The notes under the pieces: generated by a model
The model's input: only the letters and a program-made list of their open reading frames with translations
Database searches by the model: none
Told to the model about the DNA's origin: nothing
Shown: positions 1 to 8,956 of the stretch, piece by piece
How the letters are laid out: every line of letters begins with the position of its first letter
Position numbering within the stretch: the first letter of the stretch is position 1
NCBI GenBank assembly: GCA_009993885.1
Contig: JAACSN010000008.1
Span: 30,362 to 94,361, forward strand
Length of the DNA: 64,000 nt
Direction of reading: 5' to 3'
Origin: Alphaproteobacteria bacterium
Lineage (GTDB): Bacteria; Pseudomonadota; Alphaproteobacteria; Caedimonadales; UBA9215
Position numbers and translations under genes: made by a program

Positions 1-640
1 GAAGGTTTTTAGATAAAAAAATGCCGCCGACACCCAAAATTGCAAGGTCAATGGGGCCGGCATTTTCTAAGTCTTTTTTAAAACGATTCAGGGTTTCCTG
101 AGGGGATTCTCCACCCTTGGCAGAGAGAATAAAAGTGTTTTCTCGTTGAGGAGCACGTGACGGATCAATGGCGTGTAACGGGCCGTAAAAGTAATGCTCC
201 ATATAATAACTGTAACTTAAGGGGTGTGTCGGCGGTAAACCGACGTATTCATCCAAGTTAAAAAATTTGGCTTTGGAAAAGTCAATGGACGGGTCTGTTT
301 TAAAGTAAGCGATAAGCTCGCCGTACATTTTTTCCGGGGTTGAACCCGTCGGTAATAAAACAATGCAATTAGGATTTGCCTTCAGGGATTTTATAACTTC
401 ATTTGCCGCCGTTTTATAAAGCAAAGGAAGCTCTTTTTCTTGATAGATATTGAGACGATGACCTTTTGGAAGTTGTTTTTGAGAGGGGGGATTTTCGATA
501 GTTTTCTTTTTTAAAGGCGGAGTTTTTAAATTTTTAGTTTGGGGGGGTGTTGAAGGGTTTTTTGCGGTGATACCGTTGCTTGTTCCCAAAAAAAAGAGGA
601 AAAGGGTGAGTATAAGAGTTTGCTTTTTGTTCTTAGACAT
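1..640 (-). CDS. NagB/Pgl family protein (glucosamine-6-phosphate isomerase / 6-phosphogluconolactonase fold). Only the 5' part is present; the C-terminus runs off the window start. It has an N-terminal signal-peptide-like segment.
   Basis: My own minus-strand translation from the ATG at 640 reads MSKNKKQTLILTLFLFFLGTSNG, then a Pro/Lys-rich linker, then CIVLLPTGSTPEKMYGELI...FFNLDEYVGLPPTHPLSYSYYM...LAILGVGG. These match the LPTGxTP and NxDEYxGL motifs of the family. It is missing from the ORF track because the window edge truncates it. Confidence 0.6.
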   Translation of the reverse strand, partial: MSKNKKQTLILTLFLFFLGTSNGITAKNPSTPPQTKNLKTPPLKKKTIENPPSQKQLPKGHRLNIYQEKELPLLYKTAANEVIKSLKANPNCIVLLPTGSTPEKMYGELIAYFKTDPSIDFSKAKFFNLDEYVGLPPTHPLSYSYYMEHYFYGPLHAIDPSRAPQRENTFILSAKGGESPQETLNRFKKDLENAGPIDLAILGVGGIFLSKNL

Positions 641-801
641 TGTGCGCTTCCTGTTTTATTCCCTGTCTTCATGGTGAGGATAGCAAAGAATTGAGAGCAC
701 CTTCAACAAAAAAACAAATCCGTTGAAAAGTACAGGGTGACTTGTCCCCAAGACAAGAATTTGCTAAAAATGAGTGAAAATTAGAAAAGGATAATATTTC
801 T

Positions 802-2343
802 ATGCACCTTATTCGGTCCGTTGCGACCATTAGCCTTTTTACCATGGGAAGCCGTGTTTTTGGTTTTTTTAGAAGCATGCTAATGGCTATTCTTGTTGGT
901 GCAGGCGCCATGTCAGATGCTCTTGTCATTGCCATTAAGATTCCCAGTGTGATGCGACGTATATTTGCAGAAGGTGCCTTCAATTCTGCCTTTGTTCCTA
1001 TCTTTGCGGGCATGTTGGCTAAAGAGGGCCCTGAAAAAGCACGTAATTATGCAGAGCAAATCTTTTCTTTGTTGATAATTGTTCTCTCAATCTTTGTGGT
1101 TTTGAGTGAGATTTTCATGCCTTTTGTGATCAAAATTTTGTTGCCGGGTTTTTCAAAGACCCCTGAACGCTTGCAATACACGATTGATTTTGCGCGCATT
1201 ACTTTTCCTTTTTTGCTCTTTATTTCCATATGTGCCCTTTTCAGCGGTGTGCTGAATTCACTCGAGCGCTTTGCTTATGCGGCTTCTTCTCCGATGTTCG
1301 GTAATATCTCGATTATTGCAACGGTCTTTGCCGTAAAATCTTTTACTGCCAATAATGGAGAAGCCTTTTCTATCGGTATTGCCGTGTGCGGTGTTGTTCA
1401 AGCGCTTTGGGTCATGATACCCGCGTGGAAACACGGCTATGCTATGAAAATCAAGCGCCCCAAAATGACAAAAGATGTAAAAAAGTTTTTTAAGCTTTTG
1501 TTGCCTGTTGTCATTGGCGGAGGTGTTGTACAAATTAATATGTTTCTGGATATCATTGTGGGGTCTTTTTTGAGTGAAGGCGGAATATCGTACCTTGAAT
1601 ATGCCGACCGCCTTAACCAACTTCCCTTAAGTACTGTAGGGGTTGCCATGGGAACGGCACTTTTGCCGATGCTGTCAAAGCAAGTGCGTGTTAAAGATTA
1701 CACAACGGCTTATAAAACACAGAATTTAGCCCTTGAATATGCTCTGGCTCTTGCGGTTCCTTCGGCTCTGGGTCTCTTTGTATTGGCCGAACCCATTGCT
1801 CAAGTTGTTTATTTGCACGGTAAACTCTTACCGAAAGATGTTCTGCAAATTTCTTATACGCTGATGGCTTTTTCAACAGGTCTTCCTGCTTATATTATGA
1901 TCAAGATTTTCACCAATATCTTCTTTGCACGAGAGAATACAAAAACGCCTGTTAAAATTGCCGTCGCGGCGATGTTATTAAATTTAGCTTTGAATTTAAT
2001 TTTGATTCGTTTCTATCAACATGTCGGCCTTGCCGCTGCCACGGCAATTGCGGCATGGGCTAATGCTTTCTTATTGTATGTCTTTATGCAGCGGGGTAAA
2101 ATGATGCCGATTTCCGAACGATTTGTCATGTTTTTGCCCAAACTTGCTTTTGCAAGCCTTGTATGTTTCGGGACAATTTATTCCTTACGCAATTTGCTTT
2201 GGGAGCAAGCACAAGGTGCACGTTTCAATGAGATTATTGCCCTTACAGCTATGGTTGGGGCAGGGGTTATATCCTATGCGTCGGCATGCTATATTTTGGG
2301 TATTATTAAAAAAAGCGATTTCAATATTTTGAAACGTAAATAG
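802..2343 (+). CDS. murJ: Lipid II flippase MurJ (MviN)
   Basis: 513-aa polytopic ORF. The N-terminus SRVFGFFRSMLMAILVGAGAMSDALVIAIKIPSVMRRIFAEGAFNSAFVP is the conserved MurJ/MviN signature. Confidence 0.92.
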   Translation: MHLIRSVATISLFTMGSRVFGFFRSMLMAILVGAGAMSDALVIAIKIPSVMRRIFAEGAFNSAFVPIFAGMLAKEGPEKARNYAEQIFSLLIIVLSIFVVLSEIFMPFVIKILLPGFSKTPERLQYTIDFARITFPFLLFISICALFSGVLNSLERFAYAASSPMFGNISIIATVFAVKSFTANNGEAFSIGIAVCGVVQALWVMIPAWKHGYAMKIKRPKMTKDVKKFFKLLLPVVIGGGVVQINMFLDIIVGSFLSEGGISYLEYADRLNQLPLSTVGVAMGTALLPMLSKQVRVKDYTTAYKTQNLALEYALALAVPSALGLFVLAEPIAQVVYLHGKLLPKDVLQISYTLMAFSTGLPAYIMIKIFTNIFFARENTKTPVKIAVAAMLLNLALNLILIRFYQHVGLAAATAIAAWANAFLLYVFMQRGKMMPISERFVMFLPKLAFASLVCFGTIYSLRNLLWEQAQGARFNEIIALTAMVGAGVISYASACYILGIIKKSDFNILKRK

Positions 2344-2358
2344 AAAAAAGGTGTTTTT

Positions 2359-3363
2359 ATGACAGGGCGTATTCTTTCCGGTGTGCAACCGACCAATAAT
2401 TTAACCATTGGAAATTACCTTGGCGCCATTAAAAATTGGGTTGATTTACAAAGCCGATATGAGACGCTTTTTTGTATCGTAGACCTTCATGCCGTTACCG
2501 TTCCCCAAGATCCTAAAGCTCTTCATCAAGCAACATTGGAAGTAGCTGCTGCCTATTTGGCGGCCGGTATTGATCCGAAAGAAAGTACTGTTTTTGTGCA
2601 AAGCCATGTGCACGCCCATGCCGAACTGGGGTGGTTGCTGTCCTGCATGACGCCGTTAGGCTGGTTGAATCGTATGACGCAGTTTAAGGATAAAGCCGGC
2701 AAAAAACGAGATAATGCGGCTTTAGGGTTGTTGGCTTACCCAACTTTGATGGCAGCTGATATTTTGCTTTATCAAACCACACACGTTCCTGTGGGAGACG
2801 ATCAAAAGCAACACATTGAATTGACACGAGACATTGCTTTATCTTTCAACCATCGCTTTCAAAAAGATATTTTCACCGTTCCCGAACCCCTTATTAAAGG
2901 GGAGGCAAAGCGCATTATGAGCTTGCGGGACGGGTCGAAAAAAATGAGTAAATCCGATCCGTCGGATTTTTCACGGATTCACCTAACGGACACGGCTGAT
3001 GAAATTTCACAAAAAATTCGTAAAGCTAAAACCGATCCCGAGCCTCTTCCCGAAACGTCGGACGGCTTTGAGGGGCGTCCCGAAGCAAAAAACCTCGTGA
3101 CCGTTTACGCGGCTTTTACGGATCAGACCCTTGAGGAAGCATTACCGTCTGTTGCCGGGAAATCGTTCTCGGAGTTTAAGCCCCTTTTAGCCGATCTTCT
3201 TATTGATAAGCTCTTGCCCATTTCAAAAAAGACGGCTCGGTATTTAGATGAAAAAGCAGAACTTGAAAAGATTTTAAAGAGGGGAGCCGAACACGCAAGT
3301 ACCCTTGCGAATCAAACGTTAAAACAAGTTAAAGACGTTATGGGGTTTGTCTCTCCGTTTTAA
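2359..3363 (+). CDS. trpS: Tryptophan--tRNA ligase
   Basis: 334 aa. SGVQPTNNLTIGNYLGAIKNW (HIGH-region equivalent), AADILLYQTTHVPVGDDQKQHIELTRD and the KMSKS motif are typical of bacterial TrpRS. Confidence 0.95.
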   Translation: MTGRILSGVQPTNNLTIGNYLGAIKNWVDLQSRYETLFCIVDLHAVTVPQDPKALHQATLEVAAAYLAAGIDPKESTVFVQSHVHAHAELGWLLSCMTPLGWLNRMTQFKDKAGKKRDNAALGLLAYPTLMAADILLYQTTHVPVGDDQKQHIELTRDIALSFNHRFQKDIFTVPEPLIKGEAKRIMSLRDGSKKMSKSDPSDFSRIHLTDTADEISQKIRKAKTDPEPLPETSDGFEGRPEAKNLVTVYAAFTDQTLEEALPSVAGKSFSEFKPLLADLLIDKLLPISKKTARYLDEKAELEKILKRGAEHASTLANQTLKQVKDVMGFVSPF

Positions 3364-3653
3364 GCAAGGCCTTGTATAATTAATCATATTTTTTGTTTTA
3401 ACGTTTTAATTATTTTTTAGGTTCTTCTAAAACGTTTCTTGACAGTAAATATTTTTCTCTCTACCTTTGGAATGAGAAGGAGATTATGAAGACATGTATG
3501 AAGTAGAGTTCTTGCGCAGGCGAATTCGCTGCGTTTTATTCATAATGTAACATTTTATCTTTCCTTGATTAAATGAGCCTAAAACCATAGAGCTTTTCCT
3601 GTGGGCATTTTAGAACAAGTTCATTTTTAGCAATTAATATTAAGAGAGAGTTT

Positions 3654-4487
3654 ATGAGTATGTATAAAATTAATAAATTGACGTTTTCGTTATTATCATT
3701 GTTATTATTAGCGAGCCGACCGACACTTGCCGACGGGCAGCTTGATTGTGATCCGTCGGAATATTTACGGGGGAAACACGTAGGCCTTGTAAATACTTTG
3801 GAGGGCTATGTTTATTGGCAAGAATCATGTCCGGTCTTTCCACAAAGAAAAAATAAAGAAGAAGACAATCAATCTTTCGTAAAGATTTTTGACAATAAGG
3901 CACGAACAGCTATTGCTACCGGAAGAGCAGAGGGAAAAACTTCAGAAGAAATTAATAGAGCTATTAAGGTAATATCTGAAGATATGAACAGACAAGCCCG
4001 TGAATTTATAAAATTTAAGAAACTCCTTCTGTTAGGTGAATACAGTACTATTCAAAGAAAATTTCAAAGTAACGGGTATGTAAATATAGATATGGTAACG
4101 TTTAGCCGTGTTCATAGACAAGGTCGCCTTAATTTTGCCGAAGATAGTTTTAGATCCCTTGCGTCATTTGAAAAAGCCTTTGTAAGGGCAAGAGCCGCTG
4201 AAAATCAGTTAATGCAAGACGTTTTAGATCGTCTTTATAGAGAAAATGTAATGCCTTTTTATGAGACGGACAAAATTCAAAAGTTTATTACTAAAAGAGT
4301 CAAAGATAAACTATTGCATCCCCGCTTCAAAGCCTACTTCAAAGCTGTGCAGGCTCAATCACTAAGCACTGCTCAAGCAGAAGAAAAACTCGTGGAGCTG
4401 ATGGTCGACAGGGCAGCACGTTATCTTTCAACTCGTGATCAAGGATATTTTGAAGATATTATGCTGAGAAAAGGCCTTCTTAAGTAA
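3654..4487 (+). CDS. Hypothetical exported protein
   Basis: 277-aa ORF with a signal-peptide-like N-terminus (LTFSLLSLLLLASRPTLADG). I recognise no domain. A strong hairpin terminator follows. Confidence 0.6.
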   Translation: MSMYKINKLTFSLLSLLLLASRPTLADGQLDCDPSEYLRGKHVGLVNTLEGYVYWQESCPVFPQRKNKEEDNQSFVKIFDNKARTAIATGRAEGKTSEEINRAIKVISEDMNRQAREFIKFKKLLLLGEYSTIQRKFQSNGYVNIDMVTFSRVHRQGRLNFAEDSFRSLASFEKAFVRARAAENQLMQDVLDRLYRENVMPFYETDKIQKFITKRVKDKLLHPRFKAYFKAVQAQSLSTAQAEEKLVELMVDRAARYLSTRDQGYFEDIMLRKGLLK

Positions 4488-4540
4488 GTATATCTTGTGC
4501 TGCAGCTTCCCCCTTTTTTTTGCTAAGGGGCTAATTAATA

Positions 4541-4569
4541 AAAAGCATCTCCGCCGGAGATGCTTTTTT
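4541..4569. terminator. Bidirectional rho-independent terminator between convergent genes
   Basis: aaaaaGCATCTCCgccGGAGATGCtttttt: an 8-bp GC-rich stem and 3-nt loop, with an A-run upstream and a T-run downstream. Confidence 0.75.
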
Positions 4570-4603
4570 ATGGGAATGACTTCAAGCGCTTCTTATTTTA
4601 AAG

Positions 4604-4912
4604 TTATTTCTTATGTATGACCTGATTAATTCCGGATTCAAGTCCCGGAAGCATTGCTAAAGAAGCCTTTATGCTTTCTAAGAACGGCATAAAAGATTTT
4701 GCTTCTTTAACGTCGCCGTAAAGATTTCCGGAAAGTTTATTAATGGCAAGAAGAGTCTCTTTTACGCATAGCGCGTTAGGTTGGTTTCGTTTTTCCGTAG
4801 TAACACTCTGTGCCCATTGATGATAAGGCCCACACGTCTCGTCCGGACGGCTTAAGGACCGGTTATTTAATCCGAAAAATTTAATTGATTCCTCAAGATA
4901 GTTTGGGTTCAT
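4604..4912 (-). CDS. Hypothetical protein, possibly the remnant of a longer gene
   Basis: 102-aa ORF. The frame stays open for 57 more codons upstream with no start codon (see finding). Confidence 0.4.
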   Translation of the reverse strand: MNPNYLEESIKFFGLNNRSLSRPDETCGPYHQWAQSVTTEKRNQPNALCVKETLLAINKLSGNLYGDVKEAKSFMPFLESIKASLAMLPGLESGINQVIHKK

Positions 4913-5106
4913 AGCGTCTGTATAATAGTGCTGATTCGCTTTTACGTCTTCAACAGCCGTTTGTAACTCCGGGCGTGCGGCGGCATATTGATCGAACTGC
5001 TCATTATTATTTACCGGAGGTGCTAAAGCACCATAGCTGTTTCCGGCAAAATCCGAGCCTAAACACTGAAAGCATTTCTTGTTTTAACGAGTCATTTTTT
5101 ATCACT

Positions 5107-5122
5107 TGGCATGGTTCTCGCA
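5107..5122 (+). promoter_or_regulatory. Candidate sigma-54 (-24/-12) promoter for the flgI operon
   Basis: TGGCATggttcTCGCA compared with the consensus TGGCAC-N5-TTGCA. The GG and GC dinucleotides are separated by exactly 10 nt. The site lies about 40 nt upstream of the flgI ATG. Confidence 0.5.
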
Positions 5123-5160
5123 TAGACCTTAGGGATATAATAATTGAGAGCGATTTTAAG

Positions 5161-6327
5161 ATGAATCCGAAAACTTACCATTTTATGAGACGGCATCTCT
5201 TTAAGGCCTTTATGGTTCTTTTGACCCTTGTGCACTTTGAACACAGTGTTTGCGCGGGAGAGGTGCGTATCAAGGATATTGTTTCTTTTGAAGGGGTTAG
5301 AGATAACCAGCTTATAGGTTATGGCCTTGTTGTCGGCTTGAAGGGGACGGGCGATGATCTGAATAGTTCTCCTTATTCTAAGGAAACCATTATCGGTATG
5401 CTCGAGCGTTTGGGGGTTAATGTTCGAGATCAACAAACCAGTTTAAAATCAAAAAATATTGCTGCCGTTATGGTAACGGCCGATCTGCCGCCTTTTTCAA
5501 GGCACGGCACACGGATCGATGTGACCGTTTCAGCCATTGGGACGGCAAAAGATTTACTGGGCGGTACATTAATAGTGACGCCTCTTGTCGGTGCGGACGG
5601 TTCTGTGTATGCGGTTTCTCAAGGACCCGTTGCCACAAACGCTTTTGATGCATCCGGGAAAACAGGCACCGCTATTACGAAAGGTGTCCCTACCAGTGGT
5701 AAAATCACAAACGGAGCCATTATTGAAAAAGAGATCGCCTTTGAGCTTAAAAACACCTTTACCATTAATATGTCTTTGCATAATGCGGATTTCACAACTG
5801 CAAAGCGTATTGCAGATCGCATTAATGCCTTTGTCAAAGAAAAAAAGTTTGGTGCAGAGTTGGCAGAAGCCCTTGATCCGGCAACGGTGCGCCTTACCGT
5901 TCCGCCTAAGTATCGTCAGAATCCGCTTAGCTTTATTACGCAGATTGAGCAACTAAGAGTCACACCTGATCAATCGGCTAAGGTTATTATTGATGAGCAA
6001 AACGGGGTGATTGTGATGGGGCATAATGTGCGCATTTCAACGGTTGCTATCAGCCACGGAAACCTCACTATTAAAATCACAGAGACGCCTCAAGTTTCAC
6101 AACCTAACCCTTTCTCAAATACGGGTGAAACAAAGGTTGTTGAACGAACAGGTATTACGGTTGATGAAGGGGAAGATAGAAAACTTACTGTTTTAAATGA
6201 GGGGGTTACCCTTCAAGAATTGGTCAACGGCCTCAATTCCCTTGGCGTTAATCCTCGCGATATGATTGCCATTTTGCAAAATATTAAGGCAGCCGGTGCT
6301 TTGCAAGCCGAGCTGGAGGTGAAGTAA
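5161..6327 (+). CDS. flgI: Flagellar P-ring protein FlgI
   Basis: The signal peptide MNPKTYHFMRRHLFKAFMVLLTLV is followed by VRIKDIVSFEGVRDNQLIGYGLVVGLKGTGD and C-terminal LGVNPRDMIAILQNIKAAGALQAELEV, both classic FlgI. The ORF-track start at 4975 is an unlikely extension. Confidence 0.93.
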   Translation: MNPKTYHFMRRHLFKAFMVLLTLVHFEHSVCAGEVRIKDIVSFEGVRDNQLIGYGLVVGLKGTGDDLNSSPYSKETIIGMLERLGVNVRDQQTSLKSKNIAAVMVTADLPPFSRHGTRIDVTVSAIGTAKDLLGGTLIVTPLVGADGSVYAVSQGPVATNAFDASGKTGTAITKGVPTSGKITNGAIIEKEIAFELKNTFTINMSLHNADFTTAKRIADRINAFVKEKKFGAELAEALDPATVRLTVPPKYRQNPLSFITQIEQLRVTPDQSAKVIIDEQNGVIVMGHNVRISTVAISHGNLTIKITETPQVSQPNPFSNTGETKVVERTGITVDEGEDRKLTVLNEGVTLQELVNGLNSLGVNPRDMIAILQNIKAAGALQAELEVK

Positions 6328-6719
6328 TGGAAAAGGGCGCCTCCCTAAAATTTCAGGAATCCTTTCCTTCAACGGCTCTGAATCCTGAGGCAAAGATGCA
6401 CAAAGTTGCCGAGGGCTTTGTCGGAACATTTTTTGCCCAAATGGTAGGGCAGATGTTCTCTGATGCCAATGAATCCAACGAAGAAGGCTTTCAAAGCGAT
6501 ATGTATAGCAGCTTTCTTGCCGAAGGCATGGCGGAAAAAATTGCCGCCTCAGGTGCGGCTAAGGCTATGGTGACGCAAGTTGAAAACATGTTGCGTCGTC
6601 AAAGGGGGCTGGAAGAGTTAAAAAGCAACGATCTTGCGGCTCACAAAGCCTATAGAGCAGCGGGTGGTTTGCCCGCGATAAAACAGGAGGAGCGCCATGT
6701 TTGCACAACAGCTGCTTAA
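6327..6719 (+). CDS. Rod-binding protein (FlgJ N-terminal-like / CheL-like, no muramidase domain)
   Basis: 130 aa. AEGFVGTFFAQMVGQMF matches the Rod_binding motif seen in single-domain alphaproteobacterial FlgJ. The ATG overlaps the flgI stop (TAATG). Confidence 0.7.
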   Translation: MEKGASLKFQESFPSTALNPEAKMHKVAEGFVGTFFAQMVGQMFSDANESNEEGFQSDMYSSFLAEGMAEKIAASGAAKAMVTQVENMLRRQRGLEELKSNDLAAHKAYRAAGGLPAIKQEERHVCTTAA

Positions 6720-7137
6720 ACTTGTAGAGCGTTTGATTGAGATGACTCGGGAAGAACTTGTTTTTTTGAAGCAAATGAAAATTAAAGAAGCCGGTTTGAT
6801 CACTACGGAAAAAGAGCCTTTGGTGAGCCTTTATCAGAACTGCATCGATAAAATAAAAGTTGATAAGGCTATGGCTGCTTTGCTGAAAAAATGGGAGAAG
6901 TTTGATCTTTTAAAAGAGAGAATTGCTTTTCTCGGGGAGCTTAGTATAGAACATGAGCTTTATATTAAACGCTTTGAAAAAGCGCAGTCTCGCTTTGTGG
7001 CGCTGATGCAAGAAAGCGTTCTTGACGCGGTGCAGCCGGTTCAAAATTATAATAACCGCGGGTATGTAGTCAGCAGACAAAAGCATTATGCAAAACAGGG
7101 AGGCGGGTCTTTGGCCGCCTTGGACCAAACCCTTTAA
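6697..7137 (+). CDS. Putative flagellar export chaperone (FlgN-like), helical
   Basis: 146-aa helical ORF lying between the rod-binding gene and flgK. A strong SD (AGGAGG) sits 8 nt upstream of the ATG. The assignment rests on position and composition only. Confidence 0.4.
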   Translation: MFAQQLLKLVERLIEMTREELVFLKQMKIKEAGLITTEKEPLVSLYQNCIDKIKVDKAMAALLKKWEKFDLLKERIAFLGELSIEHELYIKRFEKAQSRFVALMQESVLDAVQPVQNYNNRGYVVSRQKHYAKQGGGSLAALDQTL

Positions 7138-7146
7138 GGTGATGAC

Positions 7147-8943
7147 ATGAGTGATATTATTCTTAGCAGTATAGCCGCCCAGCAACGGGTTATGCAGACA
7201 ATATCTAATAACGTGGCCAATGCATCTAATCCGGATTATACGGAAAAAACTGTTAGTTTGGTGACCAATACCATTGGCGGTGTTTCTTATGGTGTCACTG
7301 CGTTGCCGGAAGTGCGCAATGCGGAGCCCCTTCGAACAGAAGCCGTACGCCTTCAGTCCATTGAGGTGAGTTACCTTGAAACGTTGGTTGATGTCTATGA
7401 TAGTATTCAGCTGAAATTAGGGCAACCCGGTGATCAAGCCTCCTTGGGGTCAAGGATGGCGGCTATCAAAACAACGTTAAGTACTTTGGAAGATGCGCCG
7501 GCTACCCCCGGGCATCAACGTGGCGTTTTAGCAAAGCTTGATGAAACCGTGAAATATATTAATAAGCTTGGCGATTTTTTCCAAAATGAGCGTTTTATCG
7601 CAGAAGACGGCCTTGAAGATGCCGTTGATAATGTGAATCGAATTTTAAAAAGTCTTGATCGGATTAATAATGATATTTCTTTGGCTTACGGCCGTGGTGA
7701 AACGATCGGCAGTCTCCAAGATAAACAAGATGCTCATTTAAAAGAGCTCTCTCAATATATGGATATTCAAGTTATGCGTCGCGATAGCATGAATTTGGAT
7801 GTTACGACGAATACGGGTCAAGCACTTCTTTTGCGAACAGGTGTTGCGGAACTTTCTTTTTCAAAAGCAACATCCGTTGGCCCTGCAGACACACCGGCGA
7901 CCCTTGGCAAGATTACGATCAACGGCGTAGATGTAACAACCTCTATTTCAAGCGGTAAGATCGGGGCTTTTTTAAAGGCGCGCGATGTTATTTTACCGGG
8001 GATGCAGGCAGAGTTGGATGAGTTCACGGAAAAATTCCGAGACCAAATGAATGCGATACATAACCAAGGAAGCGGCTTTCCCGTTCCTGCCGTTCTAACG
8101 GGAACAAGAACATTTGCCACTCCGGGGGTCACGACCATGCAAATGGACGGGGTTGTGCGTGTGGGGATCGTGGATAATACAACGGGAAATTATATTAAAG
8201 CCCCCCTTGACCTTGATTTAACGGCCGCACCTCAAACAATTAATGCTGTTGTAGCAACGATTAACGGCTATTTGGGTGTTGACGGAACGGCAACCTTAAA
8301 TGCCGACGGTCAATTGGTTATAACGGCAACCAATGCCAACCAAGGTGTGGCTATGGTTTCTATGACCGATCCCGAAGCAAAGCAGACCGTTGCAGGTTCC
8401 GGAAATAATCTTGGGTTTTCTCATTATTTTGGCTTGAATGATTTGTTTACAACGGGGACTCGTTTTATTGATGACGGTGTTGCCGGAAAAGTCGGCTTGA
8501 CACAAAGCCTTGATATTCGAGCCGATATTAAAGCAACGCCTGCCTTTTTATCCCGAGCCATGGCCTCAACAGAACCTTTTCCCACACATCCGAACGCTAT
8601 CCGACCGGGCGACGGTCGTATTGTAACAAAAATGATTGTTGCCTTTGACCAAGCCTTGGCATTTTCGGCTGCCGGGCCTATGGGGGCTCGAAGCGAGTCA
8701 CTGCTAAATTATGCAAATTCTATTTGGCATAATGCGGCGGTGGATTCTAAAAATAATAAATCTCTCTATGAAGTACAAAATACAATTTTAGAGGAAAATG
8801 AAACAGAACTTATTTCGCGAACACGGGTTAATATGCAAAGCCAAATTGCCCAATTAATGGAAGCGCAACGTATTTATGCGGCTTCTACGACATTACTTAA
8901 AGCAAATAAAGAAATGTTACAGCAGCTTATGGCTGCAGTTTAA
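7147..8943 (+). CDS. flgK: Flagellar hook-associated protein 1, FlgK
   Basis: 598 aa. The N-terminal ISNNVANASNPDYT rod/hook motif and the conserved C-terminal helical segment (AQLMEAQRIYAASTTLLKANKEMLQQLM) support the call. Confidence 0.9.
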   Translation: MSDIILSSIAAQQRVMQTISNNVANASNPDYTEKTVSLVTNTIGGVSYGVTALPEVRNAEPLRTEAVRLQSIEVSYLETLVDVYDSIQLKLGQPGDQASLGSRMAAIKTTLSTLEDAPATPGHQRGVLAKLDETVKYINKLGDFFQNERFIAEDGLEDAVDNVNRILKSLDRINNDISLAYGRGETIGSLQDKQDAHLKELSQYMDIQVMRRDSMNLDVTTNTGQALLLRTGVAELSFSKATSVGPADTPATLGKITINGVDVTTSISSGKIGAFLKARDVILPGMQAELDEFTEKFRDQMNAIHNQGSGFPVPAVLTGTRTFATPGVTTMQMDGVVRVGIVDNTTGNYIKAPLDLDLTAAPQTINAVVATINGYLGVDGTATLNADGQLVITATNANQGVAMVSMTDPEAKQTVAGSGNNLGFSHYFGLNDLFTTGTRFIDDGVAGKVGLTQSLDIRADIKATPAFLSRAMASTEPFPTHPNAIRPGDGRIVTKMIVAFDQALAFSAAGPMGARSESLLNYANSIWHNAAVDSKNNKSLYEVQNTILEENETELISRTRVNMQSQIAQLMEAQRIYAASTTLLKANKEMLQQLMAAV

Positions 8944-8956
8944 GGGAGTTTATCAA

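Noticed and set aside
669-1013. A 114-aa minus-strand ORF overlapping the murJ 5' region.
   Set aside because: It is antisense to a confidently identified gene, has odd composition and has no motif.
4975-5160. The N-terminal 62-codon extension of the flgI ORF given in the ORF track.
   Set aside because: The FlgI signal peptide begins at the Met at 5161. The extension has no FlgI similarity, contains the candidate sigma-54 promoter, and overlaps the open frame of the opposite-strand gene.
8876-8956. A longer start for flgL that overlaps the 3' end of flgK.
   Set aside because: The ATG at 8957 has an SD and lies just after the flgK stop. The extension (MRLLRHYLKQIKKCY...) looks non-protein-like.
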